A DNA stretch of 63,521 bases, filler included, from Methanobacteriota archaeon (GTDB lineage Archaea; JACRDV01), in the NCBI GenBank assembly GCA_024860865.1. It is 10 parts of 10 records of this genome, joined end to end, with 100 filler letters (N's around TTAATTAATTAA, not from the genome) between each part and the next. Parts side by side here need not be neighbours in the genome. Positions count along the whole stretch, not along the records: positions 1 to 3,972 come from JACRDV010000056.1; positions 4,073 to 11,728 come from JACRDV010000057.1; 8 more parts are not named here. One strand, 5' to 3'. Numbering within the stretch: position 1 is the first letter of the stretch; every line of letters starts with the position of its first letter. Both the position numbers and the translations under genes were made by a program. Under the pieces are notes generated by a model. It saw only the letters and a program-made list of their open reading frames with translations. It was not told the origin of the DNA and made no database searches. This document shows positions 1 to 9,916 of the stretch, one piece after another.

Positions 1-156
1 AATTCATTTTCTTCTAAAATATTAAAGAGTAAGATAGACAATTAATAACAAACTTTCTGAAGTTATAAATTCTCTTTAAAAAATATTACTCAAATTATTT
101 TTGAGTTAATATATAAAAATTACAACTGTAGACGAAATTTTTTTAAAATAAAATTT

Positions 157-762
157 TTGCAGAGATTGATGGGGTCAAAAATTAAGAAACTTACTCCATT
201 TATTTTTGCATTGGATATTGTATTAATATCTTTTGCAGCAATTGCTTTAAGTGCTCTATCTAAAGGATTGCCTTCATACAATGATTGGGTATATAGTGAA
301 CTTAATCAAGCTTGCAATGGAGGTTATTGGGTTTTTAACATTACCCCTCAATATTTAACTGCACGGTTTTCGACAGCCCAAGATGTTTTTAACTACGTTC
401 ACTTAAATGTCGCTTATGAAAGTGATGAAAAAGTTTGGAACCAACCAGAATATTGGGGCCGAGCCAATGAAACTTGGAAGAAAGGAAAAGGAGATTGTGA
501 AGATAAGGCAATATTATTAACATCACTAATCATTTCTTCAACACTGGAAAGAAGGACTTCTAGAGTTGTAGTTGGTTCCATTTCTACTGGAGGACATACT
601 TGGTCAGAAGTTTATAACATTACAAGGCAAAACTGGGACGTTTGGGATGTAACAAATGGAATTCAAGTGAACTGGACGAATTATAAAGCAACACTTTGCG
701 CCAATGCAACAATTGCATTTAATCGCACTTCCTATGAACGCTCACACACGGTAATGTATTAA
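157..762 (+). CDS. Membrane-anchored transglutaminase-like cysteine protease
   Basis: N-terminal hydrophobic anchor; GDCEDKA (Cys), GGHTW (His), WDVT (Asp) triad; several N-x-T sequons; ATG at 169 is an alternative start. Confidence 0.75.
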   Translation: MQRLMGSKIKKLTPFIFALDIVLISFAAIALSALSKGLPSYNDWVYSELNQACNGGYWVFNITPQYLTARFSTAQDVFNYVHLNVAYESDEKVWNQPEYWGRANETWKKGKGDCEDKAILLTSLIISSTLERRTSRVVVGSISTGGHTWSEVYNITRQNWDVWDVTNGIQVNWTNYKATLCANATIAFNRTSYERSHTVMY

Positions 763-763
763 C

Positions 764-1492
764 TTAGCAGTCCGTAATTCTGCCAATTTCCAATGCCTCT
801 TTCAAACTAAAATTTTTCTTATATAAAGCCAGTCCAATTATTGCTCCTTGTGCACCAGCTTTTGCAAGCGTTGCTATATCGTCAAGTTTTGTTATCCCAC
901 CTGAAGCAATCACCGGAATTTTAACGCTTTGAACCAAATCTTCAATTGGCCTAGGATCTAAACCTTCAAGTTTACCTTCAACTTCAACATTTGTAAATAA
1001 TATTGACCCTGCACCCGATTTCTCGAAAAGCTTAGCTAGTTCAATTGTTGAAAATTCTGTGCTTTCTTGCCAACCTTTAATTAAAACCTTACCACCTTTT
1101 GAATCAACTGCTCCCATTACATGCTCTGGGCCCATTTGTTTGGATAAATCCTCAACCAATTTTGGATTTTTTATAGCTGCTGTCCCGAGGATTATTCTAT
1201 CTGCACCGATCTCAAACAAGCTAAGAGCATCCTCATAAGTTCTAATTCCGCCTCCAACTTGAACTGGAATAGAAACGCTTGCAATTATTTCTCTAATGAA
1301 TTTCGCATTTTTTCGCTGCCCCTCAATAGCTCCATCTAAGTCTATTACATGTAACCGAGGAGCTCCTTCTTGCTCCCAGGTGATAGCAACTTTAACTGGA
1401 TTTTCAATGGAAATTTGCTCAGTGCCAGGTTTGCCTTGAACAAGTTGGATGCATTTGCCATTTTTGATGTCAATTGCTGGAATAATCTCCAT
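764..1492 (-). CDS. hisA: ProFAR isomerase HisA
   Basis: IIPAIDI, LHVIDLDGA, QVGGGIR, IASGGI motifs; downstream of hisG. Confidence 0.95.
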   Translation of the reverse strand: MEIIPAIDIKNGKCIQLVQGKPGTEQISIENPVKVAITWEQEGAPRLHVIDLDGAIEGQRKNAKFIREIIASVSIPVQVGGGIRTYEDALSLFEIGADRIILGTAAIKNPKLVEDLSKQMGPEHVMGAVDSKGGKVLIKGWQESTEFSTIELAKLFEKSGAGSILFTNVEVEGKLEGLDPRPIEDLVQSVKIPVIASGGITKLDDIATLAKAGAQGAIIGLALYKKNFSLKEALEIGRITDC

Positions 1493-1497
1493 AGGCC

Positions 1498-2364
1498 TCA
1501 GGAAACAATTCGCTCGATCCGCACAACAAGAATGTCTCTTGCTCCGATTTTTTTAGCCCCATTAATTGTTTTGCTCAAATCCTTCTCATCAACTACCGCA
1601 TGCACTGCAACCATCGGTTTCTCCGCTTGAACATCCATTACTGTTGGACCAGCCATCCCAGGCATAATCTTTCTGATTTGATCTAGTTTCTCTTTGGGAA
1701 CATTCATCATCACATAATATTTCCCAGCTGCAATAATTACTGATTTCACCGCTGTGATGACTTCTTCAATCTTAGAGCGCTTAGTTTGATAGCTTTCTTT
1801 ATTAGCGATAAGCCTAGCAGAAGTTTCAAGAATTTGGTCGATTATATTTAGGCGATTAACTTTGAGAGTTGTTCCTGTGCTTGTTAAATCGACAATTAAA
1901 TCTGAAACTCCAACATGCGGCGCAACTTCAGCTGCCCCCGAGACCTTAACTATCTCAACTCGAATTCCTTTTTTTTCAAAGTACTCTTTAGTTATGCTGG
2001 GGAACTCTGTTGCAACTCTAGTTTTTGGCTTAACGTCTTTTATTGACTGAATGTCAGAAGCCTCTGAGGCTGCTACAACCAACCTAGCTTGACCAAACCC
2101 TAAATCTAATAAGCTTTTAACATCCGCATTAGTTTCCATTAGTAAATCGTATCCAGTTATTCCTAAATCAGCAGCGCCAGTTTCGACATACTCTGGAATA
2201 TCAGCCGCTCTAACAAAAAGAATCTCAATTTCCGGGTCTACTGTTTTTGCAAATAACCTTCTTTCAGTTAAGTCAGTTAATTTTAGTCCGGCCCTATTTA
2301 AAATATCAATTGCTGGCTCAGCAAGCCTTCCTTTATTTGGCAATGCAATTTTTAGTCTAGGCAT
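1498..2364 (-). CDS. hisG: ATP phosphoribosyltransferase, long form
   Basis: LKIALPNKGRL, DLGITGYD, DLTSTGTTL and C-terminal regulatory domain; start placed after AAGGGAG. Confidence 0.95.
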   Translation of the reverse strand: MPRLKIALPNKGRLAEPAIDILNRAGLKLTDLTERRLFAKTVDPEIEILFVRAADIPEYVETGAADLGITGYDLLMETNADVKSLLDLGFGQARLVVAASEASDIQSIKDVKPKTRVATEFPSITKEYFEKKGIRVEIVKVSGAAEVAPHVGVSDLIVDLTSTGTTLKVNRLNIIDQILETSARLIANKESYQTKRSKIEEVITAVKSVIIAAGKYYVMMNVPKEKLDQIRKIMPGMAGPTVMDVQAEKPMVAVHAVVDEKDLSKTINGAKKIGARDILVVRIERIVS

Positions 2365-2469
2365 AGCGCTCCCTTTGATAGTAGACCGCAACTACTTATA
2401 TATTATTTATATTATGAGTATGTGATTCATTTATATTATTGAAGTATGTGACACTGGAGGTTCTAGTTT

Positions 2470-3795
2470 TTGATCCGCATATTAATCAAAAATGCCACCA
2501 TACTAACAATGAATATAAACCGAGATATTATTAAAAATGGCGCAATAGCAATTAATGAAAATAGAATTTTGGATGTTGGTTCTACAAGTGAAATTGAGAA
2601 GAAATATTCAGCTGATAAAATCATTGATGCGCAGAAGAAAATTGTTCTCCCTGGTCTAATTAATACTCACACTCACCTCTCGATGACTCTTCTCCGCGGA
2701 TATGCTGACGATATGCCATTAAAACAGTGGCTTGAAGAAAAAATTTGGCCATTGGAGCAGCACCTCACGGCTGAGGATTGTTATATTGGAGCGTTGCTTG
2801 GCTGCTTAGAGATGATAAAATCCGGCACTACTTGTTTTGCTGATATGTACTACCACTTGGAAAATGTGGCTAGAGCAGTTGAGCAGAGCGGTTTAAGAGC
2901 AGACTTATGTTATCCGTTGCTTGAGTTAGGGGATCCAAATCGAGGTGAGAAACTGCTTGGAGTTGGAACACAAGCCATTAAAAGTTTATACGGCATGGCC
3001 AACGATCGAATTCATTGCTCATTCGGACCACATGCTACAAACACATGCTCTGCGGGTCTTCTTCAGAAGGTGAAAAAACTTGCTGATGAGCTTAAGGTTA
3101 ACATTCATATTCATGTTTCTGAAACTAAGGGCGAGTTTGAACAATTCAAAACTCAATATGGAAAAACCCCGGTGGAATATCTTCAAGATTTAAATTTTCT
3201 TGGAGCAAATGTTTTAGCGGCACACTGTGTCTGGTTAAGTGACAATGATATTAAACTACTAAAAGAAACAAATACTAAGGTTGCTCATAATCCAACTTCA
3301 AACATGAAGTTAGCCAGCGGGATCGCCCCAGTTCCAAAGTTATTAGCTTCTGGAGTTACAGTTGGGCTCGGAACTGATAGCTGCGCATCTAATAATAATT
3401 TAGACATGTTTGGAGAAATGAAGATGGCTGCATTGGCCCATAAAGTTAACTCCTTAGATCCGACCTTAATGCCTGCTCAAAAAGTTTTGGAGATGGCAAC
3501 AATTAATGGAGCAAAAGTTTTAGGGCTTAAAAATGAAATTGGCTCAATTGAACCTAACAAAAAAGCAGACTTAATAATAGTAAACGCATCAAAACCGAAT
3601 TGGACGCCTCTTTTTAATCCATATTCGAATTTAGTTTATTCCGCTCATGGAGACGATGTTGAAACAGTGATTGTTAACGGGGAGATTTTGATGGAAAATC
3701 GACGGGTTGAGACTATCAGTGAGCAAAAGATCATCGAAGAAGCGCAAAAAAAGGCTGACGATCTGGTTAAAAGAAGCAAACTTGGAGGTAAATGA
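2470..3795 (+). CDS. mtaD: Amidohydrolase, MTA/SAH/5'-deoxyadenosine deaminase family
   Basis: PGLINTHTH, HIHVSET, AHCVW, HNPTSNMKLASG, GLGTD motifs. Confidence 0.85.
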   Translation: MIRILIKNATILTMNINRDIIKNGAIAINENRILDVGSTSEIEKKYSADKIIDAQKKIVLPGLINTHTHLSMTLLRGYADDMPLKQWLEEKIWPLEQHLTAEDCYIGALLGCLEMIKSGTTCFADMYYHLENVARAVEQSGLRADLCYPLLELGDPNRGEKLLGVGTQAIKSLYGMANDRIHCSFGPHATNTCSAGLLQKVKKLADELKVNIHIHVSETKGEFEQFKTQYGKTPVEYLQDLNFLGANVLAAHCVWLSDNDIKLLKETNTKVAHNPTSNMKLASGIAPVPKLLASGVTVGLGTDSCASNNNLDMFGEMKMAALAHKVNSLDPTLMPAQKVLEMATINGAKVLGLKNEIGSIEPNKKADLIIVNASKPNWTPLFNPYSNLVYSAHGDDVETVIVNGEILMENRRVETISEQKIIEEAQKKADDLVKRSKLGGK

Positions 3796-3972
3796 TGGAG
3801 AAAGAGAAATTAGAGAAATTTTTCCTAGATAGATTTAGATTGAAAATAAAAAGTGTTCAGCAATTGGGCAAGGGAGTATATGGAAAAGCACTGCTAATCG
3901 AGCTCGAAGATGGAAAAGGAATGGTTTTAAAAACAATGGGGCTTGGTGGTTTTGGTCATGACCACTTTTCTG
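3792..3972 (+). CDS. Partial phosphotransferase/kinase-like protein, cut by spacer
   Basis: LGKGVYGKA glycine loop followed by VLK. Confidence 0.5.
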
Positions 3973-4072
3973 NNNNNNNNNNNNNNNNNNNNNNNNNNNN
4001 NNNNNNNNNNNNNNNNTTAATTAATTAANNNNNNNNNNNNNNNNNNNNNNNNNNNNNNNNNNNNNNNNNNNN
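3973..4072. other. Artificial contig spacer (N-TTAATTAATTAA-N); others at 11729-11828, 16339-16438, 23697-23796, 29361-29460, 36938-37037, 44862-44961, 50479-50578, 59021-59120
   Basis: Nine identical 100-bp N runs with a six-frame stop linker; genes are cut at them. Confidence 0.99.
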
Positions 4073-4126
4073 AATTCCAATTTGAATTGTTCTCCTTCTA
4101 ATCTGAAATTTACCTATAATTACAAG

Positions 4127-4405
4127 CTAAAAATACTTGACTCTAAAATCTTTAAATTCCCCAGCATAATCTTCCCATAAAACTTCGACTTTAGTTACTA
4201 TAGCTCCTGGAGGCCCAGTGTGACAAAATTGAATCAATTTATCAACTTTTTCTTTTTCTCCTTCAAAAACTGCCTCAACTCTTCCATCTCGTAAGTTCCT
4301 AACCCAACCAGTCACGCCATACCTATTTGCTTCATACTCAGTTTCAGAGCGAAAGAAAATGCCCTGAACTCTCCCACTTATAAATACGTGAGCTCGAGCT
4401 TTCAT
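4127..4405 (-). CDS. acyP: Acylphosphatase
   Basis: [26 protein letters not shown]. Confidence 0.95.
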   Translation of the reverse strand: MKARAHVFISGRVQGIFFRSETEYEANRYGVTGWVRNLRDGRVEAVFEGEKEKVDKLIQFCHTGPPGAIVTKVEVLWEDYAGEFKDFRVKYF

Positions 4406-4484
4406 TGTTAACACCGAAAGGATACTAATTGTTTTAGCAATTGGAGGAATTTCGGAAGCTTTGAATATTTAAGAATACTTTCGG

Positions 4485-4723
4485 TGACCTCTGTCAACTT
4501 ATATATTTGGAAGTAGCACTATATCAATAGGCTCAGCGAGCCTTAAACCATAACATTTGACCTTGGTGCGAGACCATAAGAGTGGTGCTCTATAAAAACC
4601 TGAGTCTCTGTTTACCAAGGGTGGGATGGAGGTAAACCCATCCGTCTGTTCCAATGAAGCTGAAGGTTTGCAACTCAATCAGCCTGAAGGAATGCTCAGG
4701 GCTCTAGCCCGCGAGTAGTTTAC
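4485..4723 (+). mobile_element. Non-autonomous IS200/IS605-derived element carrying a structured, omegaRNA-like RNA
   Basis: TTATATAT box 4499-4506; hairpins GGCTC/GAGCC 4530-4542, CCTTGGT/ACCAAGG 4561-4620, GGATGG/CCATCC 4624-4643, GCTGA/TCAGC 4659-4683; terminal GAATGCTCAGGGCTCTAGCCCGCGAGTAGTTTAC resembles IS605 right ends; no ORF; left boundary approximate. Confidence 0.65.
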
Positions 4724-4830
4724 CTCCTTCACTTTGTAACAAAAAACTTACTAGAGATACTTTACAAAGCAGAAACGATTTCTCACGTGCCTAGGATTTT
4801 AAAATAAGATAGAACAAAAAAATTAAAAGT

Positions 4831-4989
4831 TCACCATTTTTCTTCTTCATACTTCGGACATTTATCTTCGCTATATAAATATTCACAGAAGCCCATCTCA
4901 CCACTACTTCGAAAAGCTGTCTCTTCACAAATAATTGAACCATTGGGTCCTTCGATAGCATGCTTACATTTTAATGCATATTTGGCCAT
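4831..4989 (-). CDS. 52-aa four-cysteine protein (MAKYALKCKHA...CPKYEEEKW), absent from ORF track
   Basis: GAGGAG RBS, ATG at 4989, directly downstream of yjbQ. Confidence 0.7.
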   Translation of the reverse strand: MAKYALKCKHAIEGPNGSIICEETAFRSSGEMGFCEYLYSEDKCPKYEEEKW

Positions 4990-5004
4990 AGGTGCTCCTC
5001 CAAT

Positions 5005-5424
5005 TTATTCTCCAATTATCTGAAGGATCAACTCTCTAGATTTACTGTGTGTATCAAGTTCTATAAAAACTAGTTGTTGCCATGTTCCTAAAGTTAATTT
5101 CTGGCTTTTAAATGGAACAGTAATACTTGGGCCTATAAGAGATGCCCTAACATGTGAATGCCCATTTCCATCGTTCCATCTTTTATGGTGTTCATAATCA
5201 ATTCCCTTAGGTGCTATCCGCTCTAACATAGCCGGGAAATCTTTGAGCAGCCCCGGCTCATATTCTATTGTAGTAAGGGCTCCTGTAGCACCAGGCACAA
5301 AAATAGTAACTATTCCGTCCTTAAGTTTTGTAGCTTCAATTGCCTTTGCTATATCATTGGTTATGTTTATAATATCTGTCTCGCCTTTGCTGTGAAGGTT
5401 AAGATGTTTCGTTACAATTGCCAT
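5005..5424 (-). CDS. yjbQ: YjbQ/UPF0047 protein (secondary thiamine-phosphate synthase-like)
   Basis: NGHSHVRASLIG, LGTWQQLVFIELD. Confidence 0.92.
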   Translation of the reverse strand: MAIVTKHLNLHSKGETDIINITNDIAKAIEATKLKDGIVTIFVPGATGALTTIEYEPGLLKDFPAMLERIAPKGIDYEHHKRWNDGNGHSHVRASLIGPSITVPFKSQKLTLGTWQQLVFIELDTHSKSRELILQIIGE

Positions 5425-5622
5425 TAATTACACCCCTTGTAATTATATATAACTATAACATAAATCTAAGTTTAAATACTTCAAACCAAAATAAAAACTT
5501 TAACATAAATAAATTTAGTTAATGAAAATTTATTTTACACTTTTAATTGAGAAATGTTTTTTAAGTAGAACATTAAAATGAAACGAAGCAATATTTTGTT
5601 AAAACCTAAAGTGGTGTTATAT

Positions 5623-6006
5623 CTGGTAATATGGCAGAAAGGCTCGAAGCGTAAATCAACAGGCGGTAGGATCTGGCAAGCACGCAGAAAGCGCCGGCGT
5701 GAGCTTGGAGCTCAACCTGTTGAAACAAAATTAGGAGAAACTCAACTACAACCAGAAAGGGTATTTGGAGGAAAAGCTAAAGTTAAGGCTCTTGCTGTCA
5801 ATGTAGCAAATGTAGTTACAAAAAGCGGTGAAAGCAAAAAAGTGAATATTCTAAGAGTAATTGAAACACCAGCAAATCTTCACTATGCTCGAAGCAATGT
5901 CATTACAAAAGGAACAATTATTGAAACAGAGCTTGGAAAAGCAAAAGTCACAAGTAGACCTGGTCAACACGGAATAGTCAATGCTATCTTAGTGAGTGAA
6001 ACTTAA
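5623..6006 (+). CDS. rps8e: 30S ribosomal protein S8e, probable CTG start
   Basis: WQKGSKRKSTGG, VITKGTIIETELGKAKVTSRPGQHG; GTGGTG RBS precedes CTG at 5623. Confidence 0.93.
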   Translation: MVIWQKGSKRKSTGGRIWQARRKRRRELGAQPVETKLGETQLQPERVFGGKAKVKALAVNVANVVTKSGESKKVNILRVIETPANLHYARSNVITKGTIIETELGKAKVTSRPGQHGIVNAILVSET

Positions 6007-6132
6007 TAGCTATAAAACCAATTTTCGTATTGAATTCACAAAAGCTTAGCAATAATTGAACTCGCCCTTTTCCCAGAAAATGTTTTGAAAAAATTTATAA
6101 TTTTTTTGTTAGTTGTTATGTAGGTAAAAACC

Positions 6133-6423
6133 TTGCCAAAGCAGGAAAATGAACTGATTATTTGGCCAGTGTATATTGATGCGACAAAGTCTAGAGCAGA
6201 TGGTAGACAAATTTCAAAAACTAAAGCAGTTCCTAGCCCGAAGTTAGCAGAAATTGCGAAGGCCGCAGAGGCATTAGGACTGCATCCAAAAATTGAGCGA
6301 GAAAAAGCTTATCCAAAGGAATGGTGGGAAGTTTCAGGTAGAGTAATAATAGTTGAGAGAACTGCTCCTAAATCGGTATTGCTGAAGGATATTGCTCAAA
6401 AAATTAGAGAAATGCGAGGTTAG
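6133..6423 (+). CDS. srp19: Signal recognition particle protein SRP19
   Basis: [26 protein letters not shown]. Confidence 0.93.
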   Translation: MPKQENELIIWPVYIDATKSRADGRQISKTKAVPSPKLAEIAKAAEALGLHPKIEREKAYPKEWWEVSGRVIIVERTAPKSVLLKDIAQKIREMRG

Positions 6424-6686
6424 TGTTTTTCCACCAATTTTTTGCCCGCAGCCACCTCATCAATGCTGTGAATTACACAGCCGCTTTTAGTGATAACTTC
6501 TTGGAGCTCTTTAAAATCAATGTTTGTGCCTTCGATCGTAAGCCTGACGCTTTCTGTATCGCGGTCAATTTCTTCAAGAGATACGTTAATTCCTTCAACT
6601 CCTTTCACTTGGCTAAACTTGCTGGCAAGCTCAACTAAATCCGGTTTATGTGGCTTCAAAACATCCAAAACGATTCTTTTCATCAT
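6420..6686 (-). CDS. DUF211 family protein
   Basis: [23 protein letters not shown]. Confidence 0.85.
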   Translation of the reverse strand: MMKRIVLDVLKPHKPDLVELASKFSQVKGVEGINVSLEEIDRDTESVRLTIEGTNIDFKELQEVITKSGCVIHSIDEVAAGKKLVEKH

Positions 6687-6746
6687 TCTACCACCGAAAA
6701 TTTATAAATCATTCAAGTTGTCTTGTACTATATTTAAGGGTTTACC

Positions 6747-7415
6747 ATGAAAAACCTTGGGTTAAGGGTTGATTTTCATGTGCACTCGCTATTTAGTGAT
6801 GGAGAGCTTTTACCCAGTGAAATAGCCAGAAGGGCATTAGCGCTTGATTATGGAGCAGTTGGGATTGCCGATCATGTAGATGTCTCAAACTTGGACTTAA
6901 TCGTTCCGAGAATTGTTAAAGTTGCTGAGGAATTAAATAAACATGGAGAAATCGAAGTTATACCTGGTGTAGAAATAACCCATGTGCCGCCGAAATCAAT
7001 TCCTAAACTTGCAAAATATGCTAAAGAATTGGGGTCTAAAATAGTGATTGTTCATGGAGAAACAATAATTGAGCCCGTGTCAAAGGGAACTAATTTAGCT
7101 GCCGTAAAATGCACGGATGTGGATATACTTTCGCACCCTGGGATAATTGCTATTTCTGAAGCTGAATTAGCTAGGAGCAATGGGATTTTCTTTGAGATTA
7201 CATCGCGGAATGGGCATTGTCTAACTAATGGACATGTAGCTCTAACTGCTCGAGCTGCAAAGGTAGATGTTGTAGTCAATGCAGATGCTCATGCTCCTGA
7301 AGATTTAATAACCCAAGAAAGAGCATACCAGGTAGCCATTGGCTCAGGATTTACACGAGAAGAGGCTCTGAAAATTATAAAAAATAATCCAGCAAAAATT
7401 TTAAAGAGAATTTAG
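6747..7415 (+). CDS. PHP-domain phosphoesterase (archaeal histidinol-phosphatase-like)
   Basis: DFHVHSLFSDG, ADH, GVEITHVPP, VHGET, DAHAP. Confidence 0.85.
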   Translation: MKNLGLRVDFHVHSLFSDGELLPSEIARRALALDYGAVGIADHVDVSNLDLIVPRIVKVAEELNKHGEIEVIPGVEITHVPPKSIPKLAKYAKELGSKIVIVHGETIIEPVSKGTNLAAVKCTDVDILSHPGIIAISEAELARSNGIFFEITSRNGHCLTNGHVALTARAAKVDVVVNADAHAPEDLITQERAYQVAIGSGFTREEALKIIKNNPAKILKRI

Positions 7416-7632
7416 AAATTCATTGAAAACAATTTTGCACAGAGCTTTCTTAATTCTCTACTCTAGCATCTAAAAACTAACATCTTCGAAATTTTATTTC
7501 ATAAAAAATAATTTTTATAACATTATTTTTAATGGGCAGATCAGAATACCCAATATGATCTCCAGAATATTTTTAAAATTTTTATGAAATTCAGCAATCA
7601 GTTAAAATAAGCTAAAAATATCTTATCAATTC

Positions 7633-8433
7633 ATGAGAATAACTAGGAGACATAAACCTCTAAAAAGATTGAGAATCGTTTCCTTCGGATTAATAACCAT
7701 AATGCTGATCCTACCTCCTCTCGGATTGGCTTATTATCAAGGTAGCCACTTAGTGACGGAAGAGGTCTCATGTGAAAAGTGTCATGGAGAGAAAATGGGA
7801 GAGATGGTAGCAACCGAACATGGGATACATCTTTCTAAGATTGTTAATTATACTCTTTCTAAAGGAAGATCAACATCATTTGGCTGTATGGTATGCCACG
7901 TTGGAACAGCAAGATTGAAGGAATTCGGAATAAAAGGATTTTCAGCCAGACCTAATGTTAACACTCAATCCTACGAAGCAACAGGTGGGGAGATAATTAG
8001 TTGGCCAGCAACACAATCTACAACGTACACAGATGTTAACAACAATTACACAAGATTGGATACAGTCTGGGGGGAATCCATGAAAAAAGATGTTAAAATG
8101 TTTAACATTGGCGGTAAGAGTTATAGCGATGCAGAGTTCTGGTACTATGTAGTCAGCAGAATGATTGAACTAAGCGGTGGCAACTACTTCAAGCATGAAA
8201 TGCGTTATACAACTGATTCTGGAGGATATTGTTGGTGCCATACAGAACAATTAGGCCAATCCTACATTGGTTATGATGGTGACGGCCCAGTTGGATTTAA
8301 TGTGCCTTCAGAGTCAAATAACCCAATAGAGAGCGAAGGTAAGAAATACTATGGAAAAGAAACGGGCAAACAGCCTGCGCACATGTACGTGCAATGTTGG
8401 AAATGTCACTCCTTGGCGCCAGGTAGACACTAA
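7633..8433 (+). CDS. Exported or membrane-anchored multiheme c-type cytochrome-like protein
   Basis: Basic-then-hydrophobic N-terminus; CEKCH, CMVCH, CWKCH plus CWCH. Confidence 0.7.
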   Translation: MRITRRHKPLKRLRIVSFGLITIMLILPPLGLAYYQGSHLVTEEVSCEKCHGEKMGEMVATEHGIHLSKIVNYTLSKGRSTSFGCMVCHVGTARLKEFGIKGFSARPNVNTQSYEATGGEIISWPATQSTTYTDVNNNYTRLDTVWGESMKKDVKMFNIGGKSYSDAEFWYYVVSRMIELSGGNYFKHEMRYTTDSGGYCWCHTEQLGQSYIGYDGDGPVGFNVPSESNNPIESEGKKYYGKETGKQPAHMYVQCWKCHSLAPGRH

Positions 8434-8494
8434 GTAGTTTCATAGTAACATCGATTGACTTGACATCTGTTTCTTTAACAACAACAAAAAACTA

Positions 8495-8512
8495 TAAACG
8501 TAAACGTAAACG
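8495..8512 (+). promoter_or_regulatory. (TAAACG)x3 tandem repeat directly before the TATA-like box of gar1-tfb
   Basis: TAAACGTAAACGTAAACG followed by ATAAATATATAA. Confidence 0.45.
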
Positions 8513-8572
8513 ATAAATATATAAGCCATAATGATATGCTATATATATAGATTTTGGTAAGGTTTTTTAAAA

Positions 8573-8827
8573 TTGCAAAGAGTAGGTAAGATACTCCACC
8601 TTTCTAACCGCGGAAATTTAATCGCTCGATCTGAAATAACACCTAAGATTGGAGCGATTGTGGTTACAAAAGATAAAGAAAAAATTGGATTAATTTTTGA
8701 AGCCTTTGGACCGAAAGAAAAGCCGTACCTGGCTATCAAGCCAACAGAAAAACTCCTTCGCGTTCAACTCGAAAAATTTGTTGATAAAGACATTTATCTC
8801 CTGCCAAAAAGCAAATTTAAAAAATAG
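8573..8827 (+). CDS. gar1: H/ACA RNP protein Gar1
   Basis: [15 protein letters not shown]; conserved gar1-tfb order. Confidence 0.85.
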   Translation: MQRVGKILHLSNRGNLIARSEITPKIGAIVVTKDKEKIGLIFEAFGPKEKPYLAIKPTEKLLRVQLEKFVDKDIYLLPKSKFKK

Positions 8828-8838
8828 GAGGGAAAATT

Positions 8839-9813
8839 TTGGAATCTGAAATTCCAATTAAAAAAGAAGAAATTCCTGCTAAGAGAGAAAAAGCTGTACA
8901 AGAAGAGTATGTTAGAAAATGTCCTGAATGTGGCTCTACTAATTTAATTCGCGATTATGAACGAGCTGAAGTAGTTTGCCAAAGTTGCGGATTGGTTATT
9001 GACCAACAGATAATCGACATGGGTCCTGAATGGAGAGCTTTTGACCAAGAACAAAGGGTAAAGCGATCCAGAGTAGGAGCTCCCATGACTTACACTATCC
9101 ATGATAAAGGTTTGTCTACAATGATTGATTGGCGTAACAAAGACTTTTATGGAAAAGAAATTGCTCCGCGCAGACGAGCTCAAATTTATAGACTTAGAAA
9201 ATGGCAACGCAGAATTAGAGTGTCAAATGCAACTGAACGAAACCTTGCTTTTGCATTATCAGAACTAGATAGAGTCGCCTCAAGGTTAGGTTTACCAAGA
9301 AATGTTAGAGAAACAGCTGCTGTTATTTATCGAAGGGCTGTTGAAAAGGGCCTCATTAGAGGAAGATCAATTGAGGGCGTAGCTGCAGCTGCATTATATG
9401 CGGCTTGTAGGCAATGCAAAGTCCCAAGAACCTTAGACGAAATAGCTGATGTTTCTAGGGTTGGAAGGAAAGAAATTGGCAGAACATATCGGTTCATTGC
9501 CAGAGAACTTGAAATGAAACTAATGCCTACAAATCCAACTGATTACGTTGCCAGATTTGCAAGTGAACTAAGACTAACTGGAGAAGTTCAATCAAAAGCA
9601 ATTGAAATACTCAAAAAAGCTGCTGAGAAAGAGCTGACTTCAGGCAGAGGCCCAACTGGAGTTGCAGCGGCTGCAATTTACATAGCCAGCGTATTGTTGG
9701 GAGAGAAACGAACTCAAAGAGAAGTCGCTGAAGTCGCTGGCGTAACAGAGGTCACCATCAGGAATAGGTATAAGGAGTTAGCAGAGAAACTAGATATTGA
9801 TATCACCCTCTAA
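8839..9813 (+). CDS. tfb: Transcription initiation factor IIB
   Basis: CPECGS...CQSCG Zn ribbon, GPEWRAF, two cyclin repeats, [10 protein letters not shown]. Confidence 0.98.
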   Translation: MESEIPIKKEEIPAKREKAVQEEYVRKCPECGSTNLIRDYERAEVVCQSCGLVIDQQIIDMGPEWRAFDQEQRVKRSRVGAPMTYTIHDKGLSTMIDWRNKDFYGKEIAPRRRAQIYRLRKWQRRIRVSNATERNLAFALSELDRVASRLGLPRNVRETAAVIYRRAVEKGLIRGRSIEGVAAAALYAACRQCKVPRTLDEIADVSRVGRKEIGRTYRFIARELEMKLMPTNPTDYVARFASELRLTGEVQSKAIEILKKAAEKELTSGRGPTGVAAAAIYIASVLLGEKRTQREVAEVAGVTEVTIRNRYKELAEKLDIDITL

Positions 9814-9835
9814 AGTATCTGAGGTGCAGTAAAAG

Positions 9836-9916
9836 TTGGCGAAAAAAAAGAAAATAACGAAAGCTGAAAAGGCAAAGAAAAAAGCGTATTATAAAAAGAA
9901 AGAAGTGATTGAATAA
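9836..9916 (+). CDS. Putative 26-aa lysine-rich peptide MAKKKKITKAEKAKKKAYYKKKEVIE
   Basis: GAGGTG RBS at 9821, TTG start, fills the tfb-priS gap exactly. Confidence 0.55.
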   Translation: MAKKKKITKAEKAKKKAYYKKKEVIE

